IMG/VR virus record: IMGVR_UViG_3300014657_000001
Location: 1-37,139 of that record
Origin: a virus
Lineage: Duplodnaviria > Caudoviricetes
Direction: 5' to 3' (one strand)
Length of the DNA: 37,139 nt
Every line of letters starts with the position of its first letter. The stretch's first letter is position 1. Under the pieces are notes generated by a model. The model was not told the origin of the DNA. It saw only the letters and a program-made list of their open reading frames with translations, and ran no database searches. Position numbers and translations under genes: made by a program. Positions 14,821-23,197 of this stretch are shown in pieces.

Positions 14821-16908
14821 TTACGGTGCGTGCGTAGTAGTCCAGTTGTAAATGATTGTGCCATAACCCGGATTGGCGTTGAGCGGCGTGTCAGTCCCAT
14901 TGGTCATCTGGTTATCGAACCCGAGCACGTTGTACCAACCAGAAACCGGGCCATAGCAAAATGGGAGCATGGAGACGTTGTTCGCATCGGCCCAAGCGGT
15001 AATGGCCGATGACCATGGGGCGCCGACTATGCCTGTGCCCGCATGCTCGCCAATCTCCGTGCAGATGATCGGCACTCCAACGTTGCCGTTGAAAGTGTTT
15101 TTAAGCGCCACTACCTGCGGCCACACTGGTTGATCCGGCCAGCCACTTTGAATAACACCACGGAAGGTCAAGTTAAAAGTGGCGCCTGTGCCCGCGCCGG
15201 TAGTGCTCCCCCCAGGGCCAGATTGCGGCACGGGGTTGGTGGGCAACAACATGTTCAGGTACACACCGCCTTGCTTGGAGGTCTGCCCTGCCAGGAACGG
15301 ACCCTGCCCGGTATTCACGTCCTGTCCGGCGTTGCCTCCCGGCGTGCCGTACACGCAGGGGCTGAGTGCCACCCCGGTAAGGCTGCCACCACCGCCGACA
15401 GAAGTAACGTAAAGCTGAGCCTGCCACTCCACGCTGCCAGAGTACGCACCGCCCGTCTCATCCATCGGCAGGTTGATGCAGTCCCCAACGGTGTAGACGT
15501 TACCAATGGCGCTGGCAGTGGTGGCGCTATAGAACGTCAGCACCGTCGCGGTGTTGGTATGCACGCGCGAATACTTGCCGGTAGTGGCGTTGTAGCACAT
15601 GGCATTCGCCCACTGGTTCACCGCCCATGCTTGTGTCGTGTCGATTAGCGTGGTGGTGGTGCCGTTCGCGCTCGCCGTGCCGTTGGTGCAGGCGTAGCCG
15701 GTGCCCGCTGCGGCTATTGTTGCCGCAGTAATAAACGTGACGTACGGGTACGGGTGCCACGTCGCAGCAAGCTGCGGCGTCCACGCGCCAAGGCCCAGTG
15801 TTGCCCAGTTGACCGGCGCCACGTAATCCGTGGGGGCGTAGGTGCCCCACTGCGCAAGATACTGGTTGTAGGAGGATGAACTGAGCAAGCAGGGCGTGCC
15901 ACAACCCACGGTGCCCACGCCCACGCTTGCGCGCACGGCGGCCAGCAAATCCTTGTGGCCCGCCACGTACCATCCGCGCGTCTGCGTTACCGCCGTAGCG
16001 CCCGACGTTGTGCCAGTGATCGTTGAACCATTGGCCACAGCGCTGCTAAACCCCGACGACAGGTACAGCGACCACTGTCCAAAATTTGGCGACGAAGGCT
16101 CGGAGTTCTGGTAGGCAGAAATCAACGTTCCCGTGGCTGCGCCGCTCGTTACCGTCTCACCCTGGATGAACGTGCCGACCGGAGCATTGACTTGGTACGG
16201 AACGCACAAGTACGCACTGCCGTTAACCCCGGTGTAGAAGAAACTCTCGTTGGCAATCCCACCATTCATCACGATGTTGTCGTTTTGGTAATACTGCGGC
16301 TCATTGCAAAGCTCAAACAGCACCGAACGATCGTCCACCGTGCCACCGTTGCGCTTGAGCGCGCTACCACCGGGAAAGCCGAACATATTGGCCACGCTCT
16401 TCCACAGCGTGATCGAGTTGTCCTGGTTGGCCATATGCTGGTTCTGGTTGCCCACTTGCAAACGCCCAGCCATGGCCCAGCCCAGCACAAGAATCACGTA
16501 GTAGCCACGGGAGTTAAAGTCCGCAATAGCTGCTGTAAGTTGAGCCTTGAATCCATACGGGTCGGGGGTGGGCCACGTGGTGGTGCCGCCCTCCGCGTAG
16601 GTGGTGTAGTTGTTCCACGTGGCTTCGTTAATGCCGAGTCGCACGCAGTTGAACTTCCATGCGTCTAGGTTTGCGGCATTGGGGCCACCCGCCGGTTGGT
16701 TCAGCCCCCACAGCCCGTTGCCATTGTGCAGGTACGGCTGATTCACCGGGCCTTCCAAGGTAGTGCCGCGCAGTTGCACCGTCGTGCCGTGGCCGTTGAC
16801 AATCCCGGCTCCGCTGACTTGTATCGTGCCGTCATAGCCGTACACAATCCCACCGCTTCCTGATGGAAAGTAGTTGGAATGTGCAGCTCCGAGTTGACAC
16901 GGATTCAT
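14821..16908 (-). CDS. Glycoside hydrolase family 5 (cellulase-like) with inserted beta domains; putative virion depolymerase
   Basis: G..V.LRG, N.VRL.IN, G.YVIL, LFEL.NEP (acid/base), WHPY, PII.TE.G (nucleophile). Confidence 0.88.
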   Translation of the reverse strand: MNPCQLGAAHSNYFPSGSGGIVYGYDGTIQVSGAGIVNGHGTTVQLRGTTLEGPVNQPYLHNGNGLWGLNQPAGGPNAANLDAWKFNCVRLGINEATWNNYTTYAEGGTTTWPTPDPYGFKAQLTAAIADFNSRGYYVILVLGWAMAGRLQVGNQNQHMANQDNSITLWKSVANMFGFPGGSALKRNGGTVDDRSVLFELCNEPQYYQNDNIVMNGGIANESFFYTGVNGSAYLCVPYQVNAPVGTFIQGETVTSGAATGTLISAYQNSEPSSPNFGQWSLYLSSGFSSAVANGSTITGTTSGATAVTQTRGWYVAGHKDLLAAVRASVGVGTVGCGTPCLLSSSSYNQYLAQWGTYAPTDYVAPVNWATLGLGAWTPQLAATWHPYPYVTFITAATIAAAGTGYACTNGTASANGTTTTLIDTTQAWAVNQWANAMCYNATTGKYSRVHTNTATVLTFYSATTASAIGNVYTVGDCINLPMDETGGAYSGSVEWQAQLYVTSVGGGGSLTGVALSPCVYGTPGGNAGQDVNTGQGPFLAGQTSKQGGVYLNMLLPTNPVPQSGPGGSTTGAGTGATFNLTFRGVIQSGWPDQPVWPQVVALKNTFNGNVGVPIICTEIGEHAGTGIVGAPWSSAITAWADANNVSMLPFCYGPVSGWYNVLGFDNQMTNGTDTPLNANPGYGTIIYNWTTTHAP

Positions 16909-17696
16909 GCTACCGCGACCACGCGCCACTTGCTGGTTACGGAATTCCAGATGCAGCCGATAGAGATTTTGTTCGTGCTAACCGTGGTCGTCGGGAATGT
17001 TATGGTGCTGTTTTCGTAGCTGGTTCCCGGGGTTAAAGCCACGGCACCAGTCCCGGTTATGTTCCAGGTGAGCGTAGAACCTACCGTTGGAGTCCCGGTA
17101 AGACCGCTGGTAAAGGATGTTATCGCCGCACTTTGGGCTGTAATCTCGACATTGTTGTAGATGTCCGTATCTACCGCCGGGGTTGCAGAGTTTGCCGAAA
17201 GAACGAGAGTCCCTTTGGCAATAGGACCGAACATGCAAAGCCACAGACTCGCAGCCGAATTCCAGATATAGCCGGAATATAGGACGTTAGTACCGTAGGT
17301 CGTAGTCGGTAGCGGGGACTGTCCGGCGCCAAAAGAAGCCCCCGGCGTGAAGGCTATTACTCCTGTAGCCGTTAGTTCAATGAGCAGGAATTGGCCCTCT
17401 GTAGGGGTTCCGGTGACCGTAATGCTGGTGATCGGGGTAGATTGCCCGGTGATCTTGAAAATATCGGTTACCGCACTGTTAATGCTGTAGGTAGCCGTAT
17501 TCGTGGTTGTGGTGACTACTCGCTGCGTTATCGCGGTATTGATCAGCGTTTGCGGACCATTAAGCGAAGCGCCGCCAGCGCCTACAATAGTTACCGGCTG
17601 CCCATTAGCACCATAGAGTCCGAGGACGTTGCCAAACGAATCGTAAGAGGCAACTACAGGCTCTAGCGTCTGATTGTAGTAATTGGGACCGCTCAT
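16905..17696 (-). CDS. Tail fibre-type protein with two tandem homologous beta domains
   Basis: Two copies of IT.QS..ITS...TGTPT.G......T.TG..A.TPG.S......PTTT..TN....G.IWNS..S.W. Confidence 0.75.
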   Translation of the reverse strand: MSGPNYYNQTLEPVVASYDSFGNVLGLYGANGQPVTIVGAGGASLNGPQTLINTAITQRVVTTTTNTATYSINSAVTDIFKITGQSTPITSITVTGTPTEGQFLLIELTATGVIAFTPGASFGAGQSPLPTTTYGTNVLYSGYIWNSAASLWLCMFGPIAKGTLVLSANSATPAVDTDIYNNVEITAQSAAITSFTSGLTGTPTVGSTLTWNITGTGAVALTPGTSYENSTITFPTTTVSTNKISIGCIWNSVTSKWRVVAVA

Positions 17697-17722
17697 CGGA
17701 TATTCCTGTAAGTCATTGATTA

Positions 17723-18916
17723 TTAACCAGAAAATCCTCCGGATAACACCCAACCTGCGTCTGTATGGCTTCTGTTCTGCATAGCATCATCGAAGCGCGA
17801 TTCCATCTGTGGTTGCGCATTCGTGCGTTTGATCATCTTGCGTGCTTTGTCGGCTTGTTTGGTAATCATCATTGCCATTGTCGGATCCTTCTTGCCGTAT
17901 TCGGGCATCAGAAGTTCCGATAGGCACCAATGGATCGCCCCCTGGTAGCCCTGTGGCAGCATCACGTTATCGTAGAGGCTGGCAAAGTTGTTTAGCACCG
18001 TGTCTGCAAATAGGTGCATCTCGCCCTGACCTGGATTTGGCCAGTAGTTCAAGACGCCTAGAGGCTCGGTAGGCTGGTAATAAACCGCTCTTGGCCACGG
18101 GCCGTTAAGAGCCTTTAGCCCCAATAGTTGGTATTTTTCGTACGCAAGGACTTCGCAGGGATAATCGAGCGTGCCAGTAATAGAATTAACAATCCGCACA
18201 AAAGCAGAGTTAATCCTGAGAGGCCGAGGAGCGTAACTAGTGAAAGCAGGAGTAATTGTGACACTTCCTGACCCAATCGTCGGAATCGTGTTAACAGACG
18301 TGAGGTTATATGTTCCCGTTCCACCAGTCCCGGTCCCTAGTGAGGTGATGTAGACAAGATTCGGCAGCGTTCCAGCACTGGAAAACGACACCACCGTACC
18401 CACCACGATGCTTCCCGAAGCAACAGCGCTTACCGTCAAGACGCCCGTATTTCCAGTGCCCGTGATAAACCCCGTAACGCTTGCCCCGAATATGTTGTTC
18501 GACAGGTTTACCTGATAGGTTCCCGTACCGTTAGGCGTCGTTCCTGCAAGACCTGATTGCAGGCTGGTAATCGCGGTTCCATTGATGACTCCTGAACCCT
18601 GGATGACTTGCCCTGCGGATATAGCCCCGGCAAGCATCTGCGATATGGTCAAGGTAGTGCCGTTGAGGGTCCCGTAGAACGTAGCGCCTACGGAGCCTCC
18701 AGGGCCTATCGTGTAGATATATTGACCCCCGGTCAGGGTTTGGATGATTTCCTGCTGCGTGAAGATCATCAGATGGTCGTTTGACCATTGATCCAGCATC
18801 TCATTTAGGAGGTTGAAACAATCGGTAGCCATTGGAGCATCCGGTTGTTCTCCAGACTCCAAAGCGCCTATAGACCGCAGGGCACTTGTAATCGAGTTGA
18901 TTGGTTGATAGGCCAT
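17723..18916 (-). CDS. Head-to-tail adaptor (P22 gp4-like) with two inserted beta domains
   Basis: I..ALR.IGAL.SGE.P......D....LN.MLDQWSN N-terminus; P.GY..A..W.L...L.PEYG C-terminus. Confidence 0.85.
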   Translation of the reverse strand: MAYQPINSITSALRSIGALESGEQPDAPMATDCFNLLNEMLDQWSNDHLMIFTQQEIIQTLTGGQYIYTIGPGGSVGATFYGTLNGTTLTISQMLAGAISAGQVIQGSGVINGTAITSLQSGLAGTTPNGTGTYQVNLSNNIFGASVTGFITGTGNTGVLTVSAVASGSIVVGTVVSFSSAGTLPNLVYITSLGTGTGGTGTYNLTSVNTIPTIGSGSVTITPAFTSYAPRPLRINSAFVRIVNSITGTLDYPCEVLAYEKYQLLGLKALNGPWPRAVYYQPTEPLGVLNYWPNPGQGEMHLFADTVLNNFASLYDNVMLPQGYQGAIHWCLSELLMPEYGKKDPTMAMMITKQADKARKMIKRTNAQPQMESRFDDAMQNRSHTDAGWVLSGGFSG

Positions 18917-19458
18917 TACCAAGCCGGTATGTAACGAGTCGTGCCGTTATCGGAAATAGGAATCCATTTCGTCGGATTCCCGGCAGTAGGTCCGTTGGTC
19001 ATGGTCGCCGTTTGTGCCGCAGCCCCATTAGTAAGCGCGATATTCGTAGCTAGCAGCGTGGCAGACCCGAAGGTTTGAAGCCCCGTAGTCAGATCAATCT
19101 GGTATACCTGAGTGAAAGTGCCTGGAACCGTACCCGCAGCCCCCGTAGCGCAGGAATACATACGCCAGATAGGAGCGTTAGTTCCTATCCCCTCAGTCAA
19201 TACAATGATTGCACAAGGTCCAGCATCATCGCGTGGAAGGAAATTACCGTTGCCATCCAGGCCGACGTTATGGCTCCAGTACTTCATCACGATATCGCCT
19301 ACCAGCGTGTATATCTGGCCTGACGTATAGAGCGACCAAGAACCCTCCCGAAGAGGTGAGCCGTCCTGGCTATCGATTACCTGATCGCCGTTAGGAAGCG
19401 GGGCAGACGTTGCCGTAAGTACCGAATTCGGCGTTATGGTACTTGCGGGCGCTGTCAT
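18916..19458 (-). CDS. Virion structural protein
   Basis: C-terminal T.TNGPTAGNPTKWIPI.DNGTTRYIPAW fibre-tip-like motif. Confidence 0.65.
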   Translation of the reverse strand: MTAPASTITPNSVLTATSAPLPNGDQVIDSQDGSPLREGSWSLYTSGQIYTLVGDIVMKYWSHNVGLDGNGNFLPRDDAGPCAIIVLTEGIGTNAPIWRMYSCATGAAGTVPGTFTQVYQIDLTTGLQTFGSATLLATNIALTNGAAAQTATMTNGPTAGNPTKWIPISDNGTTRYIPAW

Positions 19459-19634
19459 TTGTTTCTATCCCGGCCTGGCGATTGATCTATTAGCGTCGTT
19501 TTCCCGTTTCCGGGAGCGTTTCCAAACTGCGCGGTATACAGATACGCTTGGTACTCGGCTGAATTTACGTCTCTAACAATCACCTTCCCATCACTCATCC
19601 TGTGAATGATGTTATTGCTATCGACGTAATACAT
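19455..19634 (-). CDS. 59-aa protein resembling small tail-assembly chaperones
   Basis: I.R.SDG.....D.N..EYQ.YL.....GN.P pattern; overlapping start/stop on both sides. Confidence 0.55.
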   Translation of the reverse strand: MYYVDSNNIIHRMSDGKVIVRDVNSAEYQAYLYTAQFGNAPGNGKTTLIDQSPGRDRNK

Positions 19635-20008
19635 CAGCTCTGCTCCACGTACCCCATGTAAACAACCGCAGGACCAGCACTAGCACCAATCATCGTTACC
19701 GACATGCCGCCAGAGGGAACCGCAACAACGATTCCAGCAGGCGCAGCAGGCAGGACGAATGTCGGTTGCGTTTGCGGAGCCGTAGGGGTTCCTGGCACCG
19801 GAAACGCAAGCGGGATCGTTACTGCCGTCTGGTTCGATGGCAGTTGGTTCACGGCAACGCAAACTGCGTTCGTCCCGGTGTTCTGGAATATCGCGTAGTT
19901 TGCGTTCGTGTTTTCGCTAGGTAGAACCGCGACCGAAGAAGCTGAAGCCGTTACCGAAAGCGCATAGGTCGGACCGGCAATCCGATATGCGTTCGAGGTC
20001 GCGGACAT
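19634..20008 (-). CDS. Virion structural/decoration protein
   Basis: All-beta composition, N.GTN motif, position after the coat gene. Confidence 0.7.
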   Translation of the reverse strand: MSATSNAYRIAGPTYALSVTASASSVAVLPSENTNANYAIFQNTGTNAVCVAVNQLPSNQTAVTIPLAFPVPGTPTAPQTQPTFVLPAAPAGIVVAVPSGGMSVTMIGASAGPAVVYMGYVEQS

Positions 20009-20368
20009 TTAGTTTGCATTCAACGGAAGGTTTCCGGGAGCTTCCGGGCGGGTGATATTCATCGACCACACACCAGTCGGGATGGTCAGCGAACCGCCAG
20101 TGGAATTTATCCACGTAACCGCCAAAGTGTTAAGAGCCGATACCCGAACGTTGGAGATTGTCAGTCCTGTGGTCATAGCGACATTCAGATACAGGTCACA
20201 CAGATCACCAGGTACAAGTCCAGGAATAGTAGTAGTCAACTCGGAAGTGGTGGTAGCCCCAAGAGACGCAGTAGACCAAGTAAGCGTACCGGCAACCAAT
20301 CCCAGCGTACTAGGCTGGATGATGAAATCATAAAGCTCATTACCGCGAGCAATTGTAGTTCCAGGCAT
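20009..20368 (-). CDS. Virion structural/decoration protein
   Basis: GL..GD and GLTI.N.RVSA.NTL motifs; GGGG RBS. Confidence 0.75.
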   Translation of the reverse strand: MPGTTIARGNELYDFIIQPSTLGLVAGTLTWSTASLGATTTSELTTTIPGLVPGDLCDLYLNVAMTTGLTISNVRVSALNTLAVTWINSTGGSLTIPTGVWSMNITRPEAPGNLPLNAN

Positions 20369-20379
20369 ATCTATCCCCT

Positions 20380-20406
20380 AAAAAGCGCCCTCCCCGGAGG
20401 GAGGGC
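20380..20406 (-). terminator. Intrinsic terminator after the coat/decoration genes
   Basis: GCCCUCCC-UCCG-GGGAGGGC hairpin (UNCG loop) followed by GC-UUUUU. Confidence 0.75.
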
Positions 20407-20416
20407 TAACGGAGGT

Positions 20417-20917
20417 TTAAGTCAGGTCATAGCCCCAAACAAAAATGTCTACCGTCGCGGTGGCTAGAGCAGTGCCAACGTTGATGTAGATATTCTGGTT
20501 TGTGCCAAGCGTTACAGGGATAGCCGTGGTCAAAGTGGCTGCAACCACGGTAGATTTCAGGACAAAATACTGGCTGGTCAACGTCGTTAGCGCAGCGTTG
20601 GCAACCACGCTAACCCCCGTAACCGCAGGGCCAGTGTTGATCGACAAAGCCGCAGTTGCGACAGAACCACCGACGCCAGCAAGCTGAGCGTTAGTGATGA
20701 TGACCGCAAACGGGTTGTAGAGCGAAGTGTTGATGACGGGAATTACCGCCGCATCGCCCAAAGCCGCCAAGGAGACACCGCGCGCCGCCGCAATCAGGCG
20801 AAGCGCGTTAGTCCCTTGTACGGGGCCTGCATTGGTATTGACCAGAGGCGTAACAATCGGAGCCGTTACGGCTTGGCTGTTGGTGGTAACGGTAGTGCTA
20901 GGTCCGGGATTTGCCAT
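20417..20917 (-). CDS. Capsid decoration-type protein
   Basis: Directly after the coat gene; MANPGP start, ATVDIFVWGYD end; AAGGAG RBS. Confidence 0.75.
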   Translation of the reverse strand: MANPGPSTTVTTNSQAVTAPIVTPLVNTNAGPVQGTNALRLIAAARGVSLAALGDAAVIPVINTSLYNPFAVIITNAQLAGVGGSVATAALSINTGPAVTGVSVVANAALTTLTSQYFVLKSTVVAATLTTAIPVTLGTNQNIYINVGTALATATVDIFVWGYDLT

Positions 20918-20926
20918 GATTGCTCC

Positions 20927-22180
20927 TTAAGCGGTAACGCGGCAGGCAAGTTCCGGGTACAGCGGCGCTACCCCGTACAACACGTCCAATCGACATGGAA
21001 TTGCGTCGTTATTGATCGTGTACTGTCGAACCACCCGAATACTCAGCCCGATTTCCTCATCCGAAGCCCGTCCTGCAAAGTGCACGCCTTCCGGCAGCTC
21101 CAGATCCGCTACAGCCAGCGTAAAGCTGTTGCGGTGGAATACCAGGTTCTGAGGCCCGGAGATCGCACCAGCAGCGCTAGAAGCCATCGACAGCGGGGTA
21201 ATCGCTGCCGTAGCAGCCGGGCTTGCAGTGACGTTCTGGAACTGGCCACCATAGATAAGAGCCGGGCTAACCACCAGCGTTTGCGCACCAGTAACGGCGC
21301 TCAGCGCTTGAGTCACGACAAAGTTACGCAGCCGGTTCGAGCCATAAGCACGGCGATTCTGCGGGTTGACCGCATACACACCGGCAATCTGGATCGTGTC
21401 GCCCACGTTGAACGTAAACGTCTGCGCACTCGTGATGCCCAGACTCGACGTTGCAGCCAAACCCGTCGCCAGACCCTGGCCCGTAGTGGCGGACATGGTA
21501 ATGGTGGGGGCTGAAGTGGCAAAACCGAAAGTGTGGGTCAGGATATTCTGATCCATCTTCCAGTTCATGCCGTTAACATCGCGGCCCATCAGGCCCTTTT
21601 CGTACTGATCGCCAATCTTGGCGGTAGGCACAAACAGGCCCTTGAGGGAATCGATAATCGCGGCATTCGTGAAAGGCTCGATCACGCACGCCCGGCGACC
21701 GTCACGCGGCGCGCCTTCTGCATCAAGATAAGCTTGAGCAGTCGCGTAGGTAATCAGGCCAGTCGGAGGCGTTCCCGGTACACCGACGATATTTGCCGTG
21801 CCGTTAGCCATCGCAACAGCTACGTCGCTGTCGATACGGTTGGCAATAGCAGCAATCTGCGGTTTCAAAACGCGGTCACTGAACATATCAATGCTCAGCG
21901 CCAGGTCTTGAGTCGTAAATTGCGTGTCGGTATGGAACTGAGTCGTCAACGTAACCGGAATGCTGGTTTCGTTGAAATCCTCGACGTTCAGGTTGGGTCC
22001 GGTCGTTCCAATCACGCGGATCGGACGCCTAACATTGACAGTTGCCCCGATTTTGGCACCGACCACAGCAAATTGGTCGTCATAATCGCGGCAGATTTCA
22101 CTAGTAATGGTCAATTCGTTCTCAAGAACGAACAGAGCCTCATTAGTGATCTTGCTTACAGTTAATTCCGTGTTGGCCAT
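20927..22180 (-). CDS. Major capsid protein (P22 coat gp5 family)
   Basis: EAL.VLEN.L, KIG.TVNVRRP, DL.LS.D.FS.RVLKP, RLDVLYG...LYPELACR. Confidence 0.96.
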   Translation of the reverse strand: MANTELTVSKITNEALFVLENELTITSEICRDYDDQFAVVGAKIGATVNVRRPIRVIGTTGPNLNVEDFNETSIPVTLTTQFHTDTQFTTQDLALSIDMFSDRVLKPQIAAIANRIDSDVAVAMANGTANIVGVPGTPPTGLITYATAQAYLDAEGAPRDGRRACVIEPFTNAAIIDSLKGLFVPTAKIGDQYEKGLMGRDVNGMNWKMDQNILTHTFGFATSAPTITMSATTGQGLATGLAATSSLGITSAQTFTFNVGDTIQIAGVYAVNPQNRRAYGSNRLRNFVVTQALSAVTGAQTLVVSPALIYGGQFQNVTASPAATAAITPLSMASSAAGAISGPQNLVFHRNSFTLAVADLELPEGVHFAGRASDEEIGLSIRVVRQYTINNDAIPCRLDVLYGVAPLYPELACRVTA

Positions 22181-22319
22181 TTTGGCTAACCCCTATGAAA
22201 GTTGAGAAGGTCCGTTCGACCGTCCCAAACTCTCATGGGGACAACACGAGATTTTCGCTATTTGGCGCTAGCTACACGCTCCGGTATGTCGCCCCGGCTG
22301 GCGAATCTGTAGTGTCAGT

Positions 22320-22348
22320 AAAATACCACTAACGCATTGCAATGTCTA
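22320..22348 (-). promoter_or_regulatory. Putative sigma70 promoter for the coat gene
   Basis: TAGACA-17 bp-TATTTT with extended -10 TG. Confidence 0.45.
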
Positions 22349-23197
22349 GGATATTTTGCCCTGTTTACGCGCGGCTTTGTAGTCCTGATAACTCCCGGTT
22401 ACATTGCCTTTCGTATCCACAATTCCTAAACCAGCGTTCATATTCGATCCATTGAGCGTAGCAATTGGAGCAGGCGCTTTTGGGCGTTCTTCCCTCTCTG
22501 CCTTGCGCTCTGCCTTCTCGCGCTTTGCTTCGTTCTCAGCCTCTATACGCGCTTCCAGACGGCCTATATAGCGTAGAGCAGCCGCAGCACTCATATCGTT
22601 GATCTTTTCGGCTTCCTCGCGGTTGCCGGACAGGAAATAATGAATCTGCGGCCCTACTTCGCTTTCAAATACGGCGTTAATCACGTCAGGCTGAAGCACA
22701 AGCTTCTCGCCCATGATGACTTCCTCGAAATCCTCGATTTCCTTGGCTGCGGCGGAATATCGCTTGTTCCAAGCCTTTGCAACCTTGTCCTGTCTCTCCG
22801 CCTCTTTAGCCTTAGCCGTCTTTTCGGCTTCTTCTTTCACTTTTTGCCCGAACTTCCAATCCGCTAGGGCGTCGGCGTACTTCTCAGCTTCGGTAAAGTC
22901 GGCAGGGTTGGGTTTGGCGTCCTTCGGAGCATTAGCCTTGCGAATCTCGGCTAGCTCTTTTTCGAGTCTTTCTGCCTTTTCTTCAGCCTCTTTACGCTGC
23001 TCGGCCATCTTTGATAGCCGCTCGTCAATAGTGTGCTTTTTCTTGGGCTTATCGCCATCTTCGGGCTGCTCAACCACTTCCTTTTTGGCGTCAGCAGTAG
23101 GGGGATCTTCAGCTTTAATCTCCGGTATTGGCGTCTTTGCTAGCTTTGCCGCCATGTATTCTGCGCGAGTTTCCGATGTGACCACTTCTGATGCCAT
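22346..23197 (-). CDS. Scaffolding protein
   Basis: Charged coiled coil between portal and coat; SEVGP...Y.L, IGRLEA, Y..YKAARK.GKI. Confidence 0.88.
   Translation of the reverse strand: MASEVVTSETRAEYMAAKLAKTPIPEIKAEDPPTADAKKEVVEQPEDGDKPKKKHTIDERLSKMAEQRKEAEEKAERLEKELAEIRKANAPKDAKPNPADFTEAEKYADALADWKFGQKVKEEAEKTAKAKEAERQDKVAKAWNKRYSAAAKEIEDFEEVIMGEKLVLQPDVINAVFESEVGPQIHYFLSGNREEAEKINDMSAAAALRYIGRLEARIEAENEAKREKAERKAEREERPKAPAPIATLNGSNMNAGLGIVDTKGNVTGSYQDYKAARKQGKIS

Noticed and set aside
20816-22165. Long + strand ORFs (232 and 210 aa) opposite the coat gene, and similar shadows opposite GH5, scaffold and ibrB
   Set aside because: Antisense shadows of codon-biased genes, with no RBS or recognisable motifs
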